Positions 20,918 through 37,600 of a DNA stretch of 64,000 nucleotides are shown piece after piece. A program made the translations under genes and the position numbers. The stretch covers positions 2,170,001 to 2,234,000 of the forward strand of contig OX337229.1 in the NCBI GenBank assembly GCA_946965045.2, in the 5' to 3' direction. The first letter of the stretch is position 1; each line of letters starts with the position of its first letter. This stretch comes from Epithemia pelagica. Its lineage: Eukaryota; Protista; Bacillariophyta. The notes below the pieces were generated by a model. That model saw only the letters and a list, made by a program, of their open reading frames with translations. It made no database searches and had not been told where the DNA came from.

Positions 20918-20967
20918 TGCAATCTCTGAAGCAAATCTCATTATATATTGACTAGTATCTTTCTTAT

Positions 20968-23900
20968 CTACTCTGATTCGTACTCTTCCTCAGTAGTTGT
21001 CGAATCTTCTGAGTCTGCATCGAGATCATTTGAATCATCCAAGCGAGGATCATAGAGAATCTCCACTCCCACATCCCAGTCGAACTCATATTCCTTTACC
21101 CCATCCTCATCTTCATCTTCTTCATCCTTGGATTCGTCATTGGCTGTCTTGTTGTGTCGAACTATCTGCCCGAATTCTATCGTTCCACCGTTGTCTCTCA
21201 CCCAAGTTTTGAACTTTTCTTCCTCCTCTGGCGTCCTGGCATCCATTTCAGCTCGCATGGTTTCCAGGTCATAGCCCAGCATGAAAACCATGCGGCGTTA
21301 GATCCATCGTGCCATGGGACGTAACCTTGATCGAGCCCCTTGCCCTCTGTTCACTGCTCCTCCGCGTTGGGTTCTATTGAAATAGAAGCTCTTAAACGCG
21401 GAGTTGAACGCTTCCCAGCCTTGCTGGGAATGGTTCGTGAGGTTGCGCCAGTGTAAGAGATATTCCCCGATATGCCCACTACCAATGTAGTGGGCGTAAT
21501 TTGTAATTCCATCGTCCCCATATAACTCAATCCAATCACGATTGAACAGATCCGCATGTTTTTGGTACTCAAATATTTGGTCGTTCGTCATTGGTTCCCT
21601 GATTCTCAGCAGTTGGAATGAGGCTGAGTAGTGTTGCATGGCCCTCTTCCATAAGAATACGTCATCCTCATCGACAATGCACTTGTCCACAAGTTTCTCG
21701 ATGTCGGCAATCATACGACGTATCTGGACATTGCTCATCTGAACCACACCGATGGTCTTTGTTGTATCTTCAAACGGAATCTGGAATTGGAACGCGAGAT
21801 TTCCAGTTCCAAGTATCTCGGAATTGATACATTGCTCGATTCCTCGAAGGAAGGACTTCCATTTTTTCTCGACAGACGAACGGTTGGACCGAGTGATCCA
21901 AGGAAGTAGATTGTTTTTGGCATTCATAAGCCCAGTGCGGAAGCACATGGTCAAAATCTTCTGTCCCATTCGCATCTCCATGTGGAGAATGCACGGAATA
22001 GAATCCATCACCATAACCAGTGCCGTGCTGACCTTCCCTTCTCCGAACAATCGGATACAATCCGTGCAATCAACATACTGCCACTCTGAAATAAGTTGGC
22101 GTCGTAAACGATCCTGCCGCTCCAACACATTGCCGTCTAGTGACAGATTCCGTAATCCCAAATCCTTGTTGAGCCAAGAAGAATACCTCTTTTGTAGAGT
22201 TGCTGATGCTTTCGTAACATCGAAGTGAATTGAAGTTACGATGGTCAGCTGAATCTCGTCTACTGGCATTCTCGGGTCCATTGTCTTGTTCATTGCAATC
22301 TTCGACTGGCCCCATATCTCTTCAATCTTGTCCTTGATCTGGGGCATGTCCTTCTCGAATTTTTTCATTTCGTCTTGACGGACTTGCACGTAGTCATCCG
22401 TGCAAATAGGAAAGTGGCGACACATCCACCCATCTTCAGTGGATGTATAGTCCCAGTGATCACACCATTTGCATTCGTCCGGCGATTCTAGGCCCTTTGT
22501 TAAGTTGTCGCTTGAAATGTGACACTTAACACATGGAAATTTCGCAACCTTGACCGCACCTCCCTTGTCTGAAACTTTGAAATCACACGACATGTCGGCG
22601 TTCAGGGGATTGTACACTTTTTTTATTCCGAAAGCTTTCGGGAGTACTGTCTCCGCAGCTTCCTTATTCTCTTTCAACATTCTAGAGAATAATCCGCGTA
22701 CAGTGTTTTTCTTTTCCCGACCAATTACACAACAGGTTGGGACACAAGCGGCCTGGGACCGTTGAAGTGGATTGGAGATGTCATTGTACTTGAATCCACC
22801 CAGTGTATGGTCCAATGACTTTGCAAGACTGGCACCATCCATAGTAGAAGCGACTGTATGTTCTCTTTCTTTCGCTTTGCCCTCCAATGCGTTATTGGAT
22901 CTCAGAACACCTTTCATACTATCTGCCCCCCGAAAGATGAAACCTTCCGACCCGTCTTTCGTATTGCGAATGGTATGGAAGGGAACTATTGTGTCGGCAA
23001 ACCGTTCTATTTTTTGTTGGGCTTTTTTCATGGCAGCCGAACTGGGGATCATTGTATGGGCTCCCTTCCTCCCATCAGACTCACACTTCCGCAAAATTTC
23101 CAGACCCGACAGACTCAGAACGCCACCGGTTGTATCCATTTCGCGAAGAAAACGGAATGGTGAGAAACAAGTTTGACGAAGGTAGTTTGAAACTGCCTTA
23201 ACAATGATGTCACGCACTTGCGTTGCTTGTAAGTTGTCGCTCATGAGCATATTGGTTAGCATTCGAAAAAACTTATCGGACCGTTGGCTACCAACTTGAT
23301 GATTCTTCACGGAAGATTGAATGACTTCCTTGATGTGTCGGACAATCATCTCTGCATTTTCTTCTTTGGAACAAGTCGAAGGAAGCGAAGCCATCCCCTC
23401 TGGACCAGAATTTTCTATCTTTTTCTTGAGATAGTAGATACGATCCAGTCTCGACTTGTTTTTTGCCCGCTGCTCCGAAAGACGACGCTTGTGAGTTGCG
23501 TTTTTTTGTCCTTCTTTCGAAAGCTTCTTTTTAAGCGACTCGACTTGCATCAATAGTCCATTGACCAACAAAACAGTGTACTGTTTCTTCTCTTCTTCTG
23601 TTTCTTCCCTTGATGTTGTGGCCGCTTCAGAAGTTGCGTCAGAGCGATCAAGGATCTCCGGAATCGTCAGTCCGCGATTGAGATCCACAGAAGGGTGGTT
23701 TCTACTACGGGGGGTTATAGACTTATCTATTGTGTCTTCGAAGCCGTCGTCTTCAGGTTTACGGTCAGACTCTACGCCGTCGTCGTCCGGGGGTGGAATG
23801 AGTGTCTGGGTGGATGGAGCATCGGTGGTTGGGACAGGAGGGGGTTTCTTCGGGCTACTGGCAAATTCCTGGTCTTCATGAGGATTGGGAGGATGCTTCG

Positions 23901-24804
23901 TGGATTGAGAGGGGAAATTTGCTACTTCAGGTTGAGTCCATGTGAGATTTGGTTCATTGGTATGAACTGTCATCGCAATGACTGTTGTGAAGGGGGTTTG
24001 CTGGATTCGTCAGGTTCGTTGTCTTGAAGTGGGTTACATGGTGGTGCTTCATTGGAGTGAGAAGGTTCGGTGGAGAGATCATGTGTTGATTCCTTGGATT
24101 CTGGTTCCAAGGAATCCGAATTTGGAAGAGAACAAATCTCTTGTTGCGCTTCCTTGTCGGCTTTGGCTTTTTTCTGTCGCTGTTGTTCTGCAAGTTTCTT
24201 GAGTCTCCTTTTTTTCTCATCCACCATTCGGTCGGTTGGGTAAATGCCATTCTTGTGCTCGGCAACACATCCAAAAAGACCAGAGAACCTATTCACCTTG
24301 AGTTGTGGTTGGGCACGTTCCTTGTTATCCGCATATTCGCAATTTAGACAGAAAAAAAACCACCGCGATAACGGGCCTCTCTTTCGAGACCAAAAACGGA
24401 GCACGGCTTCTTGTAATGGTGTTTGAATTGCTTACGAATCTTGGCAATCCTTTCCCTTTCGACATAACTATTGGATACCGTCGTGCCTTTGTTCAGGCGC
24501 GTGGCTCGAGTTTGAAGATTGGGAGATGGTGGTAAGTCTTCAGCAATTCGGGACGATCGGCGAAGAGGGTGTGAAGGGGCGGGAGGTTCCTTGGGAGGGA
24601 CAGGACGCTCTTTGGGAGGTGCTGGAGGATCTTCGGAAGGGGTTGGAGGTTCCTTGCAAGGGACTGGAGGTTCCTTGGGAGGTGGAGGGTCTTTAGCAAT
24701 TCGGGAGGAGCGGCGAAGAGGGGGTGGAGGGGTCTCAGGTTCTGTTGGAGTGGCTGTGCTGGTTCTTCCCCTAGTTTCGTCGTGGCTTGAGATCGAGTTC
24801 TCAT
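20968..24804 (-). pseudogene. RAG1/Transib-like (CMC-Transib clade) DDE transposase, ~1280 codons
   Basis: TMDGA, NADMS..x20..CVKC, PCILHMEM, ITNYAHYIGSGH, SQQGWEAFN; frameshifts near 24780, the A8 run 24352-24359 and the G5 run 23992-23996; in-frame TAA at 21298-21300 (WI*RRMVF). Confidence 0.7.
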
Positions 24805-26321
24805 GGCTCTGTCGACACAATCAAACCGTGAGGCTCGTTATGATAAAGTGGGACAATTGATTGGATGGATGTGTCAATCGGGTCATTACGAAATAAAGAG
24901 ACGTCTTGTAAAAGATGAGAGAGGCCCAATCTCATTGAGTCGAAGGGAGAGTTTGGAATTGTCGATTAACATGCGACTACTGTGTAATACTACATTCGTA
25001 GACGTAGAAATATTAATATTGTGAGTATGCCATCTCGGACGGAAGCCGAGCGTGACATGGGTTTTTTCCTCATAATTTGGAGGCAGTTTCAGTTGGACTT
25101 ACGGGCATGAAAGACAATATTGTAACTCTGATGCAAGGTCGGGGATCCAATTTGGATACATAGAAGAAAGTTTTTGCATACTTACATCAGAGTTACATAC
25201 ATGATATGGACTCCGTTTTGGGCTTCCAATGGAGAAGAGATGCTCAAGAGTGAAATTTGATGCCAAACGACCCAATTATTTAACCAAAAACTCTTTCCAC
25301 TGTTTGGCTTATAGTGAGTTTTTGGGTTTCTGAGATGGTCGCGGCAGCATGAAAGTGGTGCATGCGTGCGACTTGGGATACGAAGTGCTGCCTATGTAGG
25401 TTTTGTAAGATCGTTGCAGCGTGTTATTTCCTTGTTTTCAACAACCATGACACTCTGAAGCAGGTAAGAAGCCATCTTCCAGCATACCCGATAGACTCTA
25501 TGATCCATGACGACTACTCCTCTAGTTATAGTAGGACTAGTGACAACAAGATGCTGCAGTTGTCGTCATCTAGATCTACCACTCAACGAAAGGTTCTGTG
25601 GTCGAGACGGATGATGGATGGGCGAAACACAATGATGAGTGTAAAAAAACATGCTACAAAGATATGAAGACAACCAACCAACAATCAAACAGCACTACGA
25701 ATAAAGCAAAGGAAAAGTTGTGGCAAATGGCCTACAATGACTTGTCCTCCGTATCATTGCGACGAAATCAAAGGACAACAAACCATCAACTTTAACATGG
25801 ACAAAGATAAATGAGATAACTTGTGAGAAAACTATGCAGGGCATGAAAGAAGCTAAGAGACAAACAACAAGTAACAAGAGAGAAAACCAACCAAAATACT
25901 GCTTCAGGTCACAAGGATTCGTAAAGAGCTCGCTTCATGGTCAATGTCGATGTTTTTGACACCGCGTGAAATTTTTTGTGACGAGTATGAAAGGATTCCA
26001 AATTTGAATCGTGGTCACGGTCACAGGAAGGTGCCAACCGCCAACGGCTACTTGCACGCCGGCATTTCCACCAGCACGAGGAATCATATTGGTGAAAAGG
26101 ACAGACGAAAAGTGAAATTTCCTGTCTGTGTCCACTTGGGAACCTATGAAGGTGGCACAGACAAAAAACAGCTAAGCAGTGGACACTGATACCGAGGGTT
26201 TCTTACTTGCGACTACGTCTGTCCTAAATGGTAAGTATTCGATATTCTTCGATTTCTGTTTCTTGTTTTCTGTTTTTTCAGTTGATGCTTCTCGTGTACT
26301 CTGTCATTATACATTCGGTCT

Positions 26322-30272
<3,951 letters not shown>

Positions 30273-30299
30273 TGGTCACTGGTCACTTCATTCATGTCT

Positions 30300-30732
30300 T
30301 GAATGAGTGATGAGTGGCGAAACATGTCGAGAGGCGAGAGGAATATCAAGCAACATGTGGAAAGAAAGAAGTGATCTTAGTGTGTGTTAGGAAGTAATTG
30401 ACTAGAGTATATTGTAGGCTGGTAGGAGAGAACAAAGAAAATTGGAAATAGATTTGTACAGAAAAGTTGGAACCGATGACTATGAGAATAGACTTTTGAT
30501 AGTAAGTCAGAGGAGAATTGCGAGGAAATTGAATGCAACTTAGGGAAATTATGCTGAATGTAAAGTTGCAATTTATCGACGAAAAGTCATAGAAATATTC
30601 GTTGCGAATGAATTATAGACGCGAAGTTGGTAAAAAAAGGGGGGGGAATGAACTAAAAATGGTGAAAATGCAACTTTTTTGGTAAAAATATTTGGAAATT
30701 GGAAAATGGCCAAATTCAACTTCCACACCCTG
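30300..30732 (-). mobile_element. 5' end of hAT element 2
   Basis: Terminus CAGGGTGTGGAAG on the minus strand (ends 30732) with AT-rich subterminal region; partner end not found. Confidence 0.65.
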
Positions 30733-31522
30733 ATGATAACGCAACACCTCAAAACGCAATGCCATTACTGATTACTGATTACTGGCTCGTCGGGCGCAAG
30801 CGCCCTCCTCGCCCGATTCGACCCTTTGTCTCCCCAAGTTGCAAGGCGACGAATACCGTTACGACTGCCGTCCTCTTTTCTTGCTACACCATCATTCAAC
30901 TGCTTGTAAAAGTCATTTGTTGTTGGTTGGGAAAATCAGGATATTTGTATATTACAATACATGTATTTTTGAATTGTACAGTTAATCGACTTATGACCCT
31001 GCGCGGTTTACAGTCAAAACAATGACCCGAACACATGATGAAATGCTCAAGTCTGTATATTCTGATATATTACTTTTATCATAATTAACGTTCAAATCCC
31101 TGTCCAAATTTGTCATTGTACTTCCCGATCAATTGTCTGTTTTGCAGTCATTGCTGAAATTTCCACCCCAGACCCCATCTAAACGATCTACCCGACATCG
31201 TTCATACTGAACTCAGTCGAACAGGCCCTAGTACGATCATTGGGTGGAATCGGTCTCTCCGTAGTCCGTAGTTTGTAGTACGTCGTATGTAAGGCGCAAG
31301 TTTGCAAGCAAGAGCAGGGCAGGCGTGTGGTGTCGAGGCAGCATGTGGTTCATGAGGTTAAGAAGAGTACAATGATGGTTAGTGTAAAAAGTGATATATA
31401 TGATTATAGTAGGATCACACAAAAATCTGAAAGCAACATTTCCGATTTTGAATTCAAACAGAAATGTTGAAAGCCACGGTAGATTTTGATTTGGCTACAA
31501 TTGATAACAAAAACAAATCAAA

Positions 31523-33012
31523 ATGGCGCCGTCGAAGAAGGCGAAGCCGAAGGAATCATATGCGGGTGTTGGAATTGCAGGAAGTAGGGAGAAGAAGCTA
31601 AAAGAGCGTGCGAAGAGTATATTTGAAAAAAACAAGCCAAAGGAACCGACGATTGACGATAAACGGCGAAGTAACAGAAAACATCAGAGACGTACGAAGC
31701 TCGTCAAAGATGCTCGAATAGAGCTACAGAAGACTGAGTCGCCCAAGTTGCCTATGGAAATACTATATGATAAGAAAGAGGACGAATATCAGGTTGCGTC
31801 AGAAGTACTGGTATGCACTGGTGGTGTTGTGTTGGCGGGAATTTTACCGACAAAGAAGAAGTTGAGCTGTTGCGTGCGTATGCACTACTGAGTTTCGGCA
31901 AACTGCATTGTGACAGTTTAGACAAGCGGGGCAACATACCAAGTGGAGATTAGTTCAGAAGGAAATAGTTTTGCAGAAGTGGAAGCTCTATTTCAGCGTA
32001 TGGAGAAGAAATTGGAGGAGATGCTTTACATCGTTTTTAACCAGAAACGGTATTCTGCGGTAAATAAGATGTTTATTTGGAAAAAAGGGAATCAAGCCGC
32101 CGCACAGTGGGTGCATGCTGACTCGATGTATCAGAACAACTTAAAGGTCCTGGTATGTTTGTCGAAAGATGGGTGCTCGGCAACACGGATAATGCCGTAC
32201 GAGTGATTGAGCGGTAATCCTCTAATCGCTGTAGACGGAGGAAGAGACGTTTTACGAAGTGACCTGAAGAGACGGTTTGAGAATTTATACGCGCCTAGGC
32301 TCGATCCAACGTTGTTAAAAGAAATTTACAGATCTGTGATGGTTCCAGTGAAAAAGGAAGGATTTTGTGCTGGTGACTCGTTTGTTTTTCTTGGTGATCT
32401 TCTTCACGGAGGTCCAACGACCATGGACGATTCACACGACAGAATAGTTTTGTTCATGGCAATGGACTGTGCAGGTGAAACGGAGTTTGAGAAGCATCAG
32501 TTGCACGCCTCCTCATTGATGGAAGCCATTCATGAAGATGAACGGGGAGAGAAATTAAGGGCAGTCGTTTGTCATCGTGCAGTTCTGAAGGCAAATGAGG
32601 TGGAGATGCGGAATTATTATGACTGCTCATGGCCATCACTTGAAGTAAGCAAAGAAGATGGTAAGCCTGCGGCCGATACTGGACATCAAAGTGTAAGACG
32701 TACGAGGGAGAGGAATGACAGAAGTGATGATGCAGGTGCCCCGGCTTCTACGAAACGCGGTAGGGGGCGAAACGTCAACACCCCTCTCCTACACCAGCGT
32801 TTCCAACCTTTGAAGAACTTGTCGCTCTGACGAACAAGATTAGAATTATGATTGGAGAACGTGGTGACAATAATGATGATGACGATATTGGTAATGACGA
32901 CATTGAGTGGAATAACCCGGAAAATGATGATCCGGAAGAAGGTGAATCTGAAGAGGTTGGCGTTGATGATGTCATGGACGATGATGAATCATATGGTAGC
33001 GATGATGGCTAG
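31523..33012 (+). pseudogene. 2OG-Fe(II) dioxygenase (PhyH-like) with Lys-rich N-terminus and acidic tail
   Basis: QWVHADS (HxD), GDSFVFLGDLLHGG (H), RIVLF (R); one frame 31523-32830 with stops at 31889, 31919, 32204. Confidence 0.75.
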
Positions 33013-33412
33013 ATTCTGGTGATTAACAGGCCGAGGTATTCATCGACAGTAAGCAGTAGATTATTGATAGACTTTGACTAAGTTTTCTTGCTTGTCATAT
33101 GTGTTCTATACACACTGGTATACAGATGAACTTAACATCTGAGTTCCATATGATTCGTCGGTGACATCAACAATCAACAATCATTGTAAGCAAACAATAG
33201 GCATGTGACAAAGAAATGATTGGATTAGATCCAATCTTATGACGTAATAATGTAGAGGAGGTGAGGTACATGACGTCCGTCTATTCAGTGTCTGGTACTC
33301 CTAGCAAAAATAGAGGCTAGTAATACGAATTGATTGGCGGGTTGATGAAGATACTAACAGCGACTGATTAACGAGCGGAGGCAACTTTGCTCTTTTGTGT
33401 GATGTCATATTC

Positions 33413-34627
33413 ATGACAACGAGTCTTGAGGGTGTGAACACACAGCAAGAAAAAGAACCCAGCTGCGTCCTGATTCCCCTTGCAGAATTTAATGAAGCCA
33501 CAAGCGCTTTGCATCAATTTGACTGGCAGGTGGCTGGAAAACAGAGGCATCATATGAGTGGAAGCAACGCTGGGGACTTCGAGAACATCTATCGTATAGA
33601 CTTGGAAGAATTTGTTGAAAACTGGGAGAGAGCTGCTTTCAACATTACTGGGCTTCACTCAACGCAAAGTATTGAGGCCCAATGCTCCATCACTCGAGCT
33701 AACAAGTACTTTGAAGGATGCAATACTAAACAGAAAAGCGCCCAGTACGGTCGCCTGTTACCTCAAGCAACCAAAACAGTATTCTCAGAATTCCTCGAAT
33801 TACAACCATCGGACATTTTCGTGGATTTGGGACACGGTTTGGGGAACGCAGTTATGCAAGCAGCTTACACTCATGGCTGTGCAAGTCGAGGTATCGAGGT
33901 TGTCAAATCACGTTTTGACGTATCTCTTGCGTTCAAGAAACGGGAATTGTCAGAAATGGCTGGATGTTTTCCCATGCAACTTCGACATGGCCAAATTGAA
34001 AAGGCGGAGCATCGGCATTTTCTCACGATGTCGGGAAAGAGCGTGATGAAAGTGTTGTGTAACAACTTTGGCGATGTGTTTGGAACACGGTCGTCTTCAA
34101 ACCCTCCATATTTGAATGATTACGTCGCAGGGTTGTTTGCATCTATGAAGGAAGGCTCGAAAATCGCTACGTTTGACGAATTAAGGTTTCAAGTCGGTCC
34201 GCTCGACATGGTGAACAAACATCGAAAGAAGTTGAAGATGGAGACATCGTCATACGCCTCATTTTATATAATGGAACGGAAAGTTCTTGGATTCCAAAAT
34301 AAATATGTATCATGGTCCGAAAATGGCGGGAATCAGCACCAAATAACAATGTATGTGTATACAAGAGTGGGGAAGGAATCAAACTTTATGTGCAGTGCCG
34401 CCATATGTAAAAAAAGAATAAACAATGAGCGCCAAAAGTCATTTATCATCAACCAAAGAGGCGAGATGCTTATGAGGGTATGCGAATGTAAGAAGACAAT
34501 GCGGCCACACCGACTGCGAACAAACAAAGGCAACGAGATGCTTTTGAATGCAACAAAAAATGGAAATCAAGGAACCAATGAAGATGGAAACTGGACGGAC
34601 GGTGCCAAAAAACGAAGTTGCCACTAA
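33413..34627 (+). CDS. DOT1-like (H3K79-type) SAM-dependent methyltransferase, ~404 aa, intact
   Basis: QYGRLLP, DIFVDLGHGLGNAVMQAA, CASRGIEVV, VLCNNF; C-terminal CxxxxC...CxC. Confidence 0.82.
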   Translation: MTTSLEGVNTQQEKEPSCVLIPLAEFNEATSALHQFDWQVAGKQRHHMSGSNAGDFENIYRIDLEEFVENWERAAFNITGLHSTQSIEAQCSITRANKYFEGCNTKQKSAQYGRLLPQATKTVFSEFLELQPSDIFVDLGHGLGNAVMQAAYTHGCASRGIEVVKSRFDVSLAFKKRELSEMAGCFPMQLRHGQIEKAEHRHFLTMSGKSVMKVLCNNFGDVFGTRSSSNPPYLNDYVAGLFASMKEGSKIATFDELRFQVGPLDMVNKHRKKLKMETSSYASFYIMERKVLGFQNKYVSWSENGGNQHQITMYVYTRVGKESNFMCSAAICKKRINNERQKSFIINQRGEMLMRVCECKKTMRPHRLRTNKGNEMLLNATKNGNQGTNEDGNWTDGAKKRSCH

Positions 34628-36599
34628 GTAGCTGAATTGCGGTATAGAACCATGTTTTGTGGTATGATGCGTCTAATTGTGTATTACGTTTGCTTGCTGC
34701 TTTGTCGAGGTCCTGTTTTGTGGTGTGGCTGAGTATGAATCTGATGGTAGATAGTCAGTCAAACAATCGCAACTACTAATAAATCTGAGTGAGAAAAAAT
34801 GGATTGAAGACAGTCAAACGATACGCCTTGATCCAATCCAATGAATCAACATGTTGACAGGGTAGTGGTAGGTGACACTCTGGTGATGTTTTTACCACAA
34901 TGGTAACATGCCTTGTCATTAATAAACAATTGTGTTTGATGCAATCCAATGTCGTATCTGTCGTTGATGAAAGCACAAAACGGGTATCCGACGATTTTCT
35001 TTGCGCTAGGTAGTGTTGCTACTTGCTATGGTTCAGTGTTGTCGAATTGGAGGGAATCGCTTTAAGTCATGCACCCTAAACATGACGCTACCGGTGGTAG
35101 CTATGCTCTTTCGACAGGAGGTGTTAAGAATCGACCGACCCATCGACCTAAGTAAGCAGAAGCAAACCTCTCAGGACCGGTATTAATGTCTAGACCTCCC
35201 ACATCAACATGTAGTTCAACCACTAGGCTATCGTGAACTGGGAAATGTTAGGTTATTAGGTGATATTTTTCCGACAATGTTCGCGGCGACTGCAATGAAA
35301 TTTGTGCTCTGCATACATTGTTAGGCTCATCTGCATTGGGTGAACAGTTGTGACACCTTGTACTTCTTCCTGAAAAAGTGGATTTGGAGTGTTTGGGAAA
35401 TGACAATGGTATCTATTGACGTTTCCAAGGCAATTCACAAAATCTTGGCGTCTGTCGAAAGCTTGTTGTATTTCAAATGTATTGAACAAGTCCCATCCAC
35501 AAAACTTTGGCCTCCTCACATCTATTTTGATCCAACAATGAAAATGTATTCGACAAAAAACTGGACTGATTTGACAAAGAGATACTTAGTATTCCCGCTT
35601 GGCCAATACACATCTGACACGGCGTTGGAAGCTGTATTATCTCTGACATTCTGCTGATGATGTTTATAAAATGTTTTGTTGCATCCATATTGGATGTCTC
35701 TGGACAGGCACCTTCTGTAGCTATTCCTTCTTGTGGTGCTAAAACTGGACATTGGCATTCATGGGTGTGCAACTCTCTGGAAATAAATTACCTCGTACTG
35801 GTGGAGATGCCGTCAGGGATGTTCCATTACCTACTCGAACAGGATGAGATGGCTGAGAGATGATACTGCTATTTGGGTTATTGGGTAGCATATGCGAAAG
35901 AGACATCAATTCACGTCATTGTCGCAAATTTCTATCCATCTCTATGAGTGATAATGACTGGACAACACCTTGGAACATTGTCCTGGAAAGCATGGATGAC
36001 TGTTCTCCAGATGATGCAAGATTCTGCATGAGAAGTGTCATGAGAGGGTCGACACCGGTAGAACCAGCAGTGTTGGCAGAGTCATTCTGCTGGTCTGTTT
36101 TGTTCTCATCAGAGTCTTGAGCATTACTCCTAGAAGAAGACATGATTAATGCAGAAAACTAACCAACTGAGTTCCCTGCTATAGTTATCTCTCCCTTACC
36201 AGTCGGGTAGAGATGTCACGACTAATGACGAAACGCGTGATCCACAGCAGTAGAATGCCAAAACACCAATGGAATGTAATCGGTACCGGGAGCAGCTGTC
36301 ACTAAGCTTGCCTGGCAAAGCTAATTAGGTGTGACACGCTTCCACTGCAGTCTTTAGGCTAGGTAGCTACTCGGAAGTAACCAAGAACTAGCAAGTTCTG
36401 ACGGTAACTGTTCTTGTCTCCACACACCGGGATTGCCAGTCCCTAGCCCAATCTCCACACGTAGACTGTTGAGGAATCGCAAGGAGCAAGATGAACTGTG
36501 GCTGCACTGAAAGCGTTCCAATTTGATGAATTCCACGATTGTCCGATTGCAAAAGTGTAGATTCTTAAGACGGACCAACCTGCCACAGCACAAAGATAG

Positions 36600-37600
36600 A
36601 GAGCCTTGTCGCTTGGCAGGCGACAGCAACAGATGCTTTGTTAGGAAACAAGCGGTGTGCCGGAGCACGCAAAGTAGTACCTGTTGAGTCCTAGTCGGTG
36701 GTAGCAGATGCTTTTCGGTAAGTTGCTTTCGGCTTCGATTTCGACTTTTATTGGTCCTCGAGCAGGGTCGTTTCTCACACCGCTGAGTTTGAGTCCTTGT
36801 GGTTCGATTTTTATGGTTTCCCCTTGGTATCGCTGTAAGAGGCTGCTTGTACTGAGAAGCCGACAGCCAGCTGCGGGTATGTACAGAGCAAGGAGTTCGA
36901 TGCATCGTAGCCGTCCATGGACGTCTTTGATGTACCATTCCACGACTCCTTGGCTTTCGACTTGTGCTCCTTCGGCCAAACCTTGGACCTGATAGTCAGG
37001 AGGTACGTCCCTCACTTTGTTTGGAATGAAATCGCTCTTGTCGTTTGTGATGGAGACACTTGCGCCTGAATCCCAATGAGGAGAAAAGCTTGTTTGTCTT
37101 CCATTTCTGACTGAAATTTTCGTGGGTGATTGATTGCAGCTTGGAGCGCCAGATTTTGGCTCATGGTGTAAGCATGTGCCTGTATGGTGGTGGTGCTCAT
37201 GAGTGATGGAAGTGGCTGTGGTCCTTGCAGTGGAACACCAATCTGCTTTCGAGGCACACGGTCCTTTGCTCGAAATGATTGAAGAAGAGTTGGAATTGAC
37301 TTGGTTCCACGTCAAAGTTCTCGTCTGTGCTGATTCATGAGCGAGTGACTTGCTCATAGTACTTTTATCCTTGTTTCGTGCTGAAGTCGAGTTGCTGACT
37401 GATTCCAGCTGGGAGTGGGTCCTGAGGAATGGTCCTGGTCCTCCTCCTCCTGCTCCGCCACCACCGCCCCATGCTGCTACTGCTGCAGCGGCTGTGTTCG
37501 CGGCTACGTTCGCAATGGCTTGCTGGATTGCATTTTCCAGTTGGAGCTCTAATTGTGAACAAAGAAGTTTGAAAATGTACCAATGGAGGACGACTCTAAT
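36600..37600 (-). mobile_element. Copia relic (gag N-terminus joined to protease)
   Basis: LDFSTKQG*KYYEQVTRS gag start; HWDSGASVSITNDKSDF and YIPAAGCRLLS protease region. Confidence 0.75.

Noticed and set aside
25280-25330. V(D)J-type recombination signal near the RAG1-like gene
   Set aside because: The nonamer-like CCAAAAACT copies are oriented opposite to an RSS and form a simple hairpin; kept only as a candidate terminus.
25944-26189. Cargo gene of hAT2 (RKVKFPVCV, faintly like TE-associated Cys-rich domains)
   Set aside because: Too short and degenerate; no second TIR to place it inside the element.
30990-31001. Alternative hAT2 terminus (CAGGGTCATAAG on minus)
   Set aside because: The 30732 end is closer in sequence to the hAT1 TIR and adjoins the subterminal tract; no TSD supports either.
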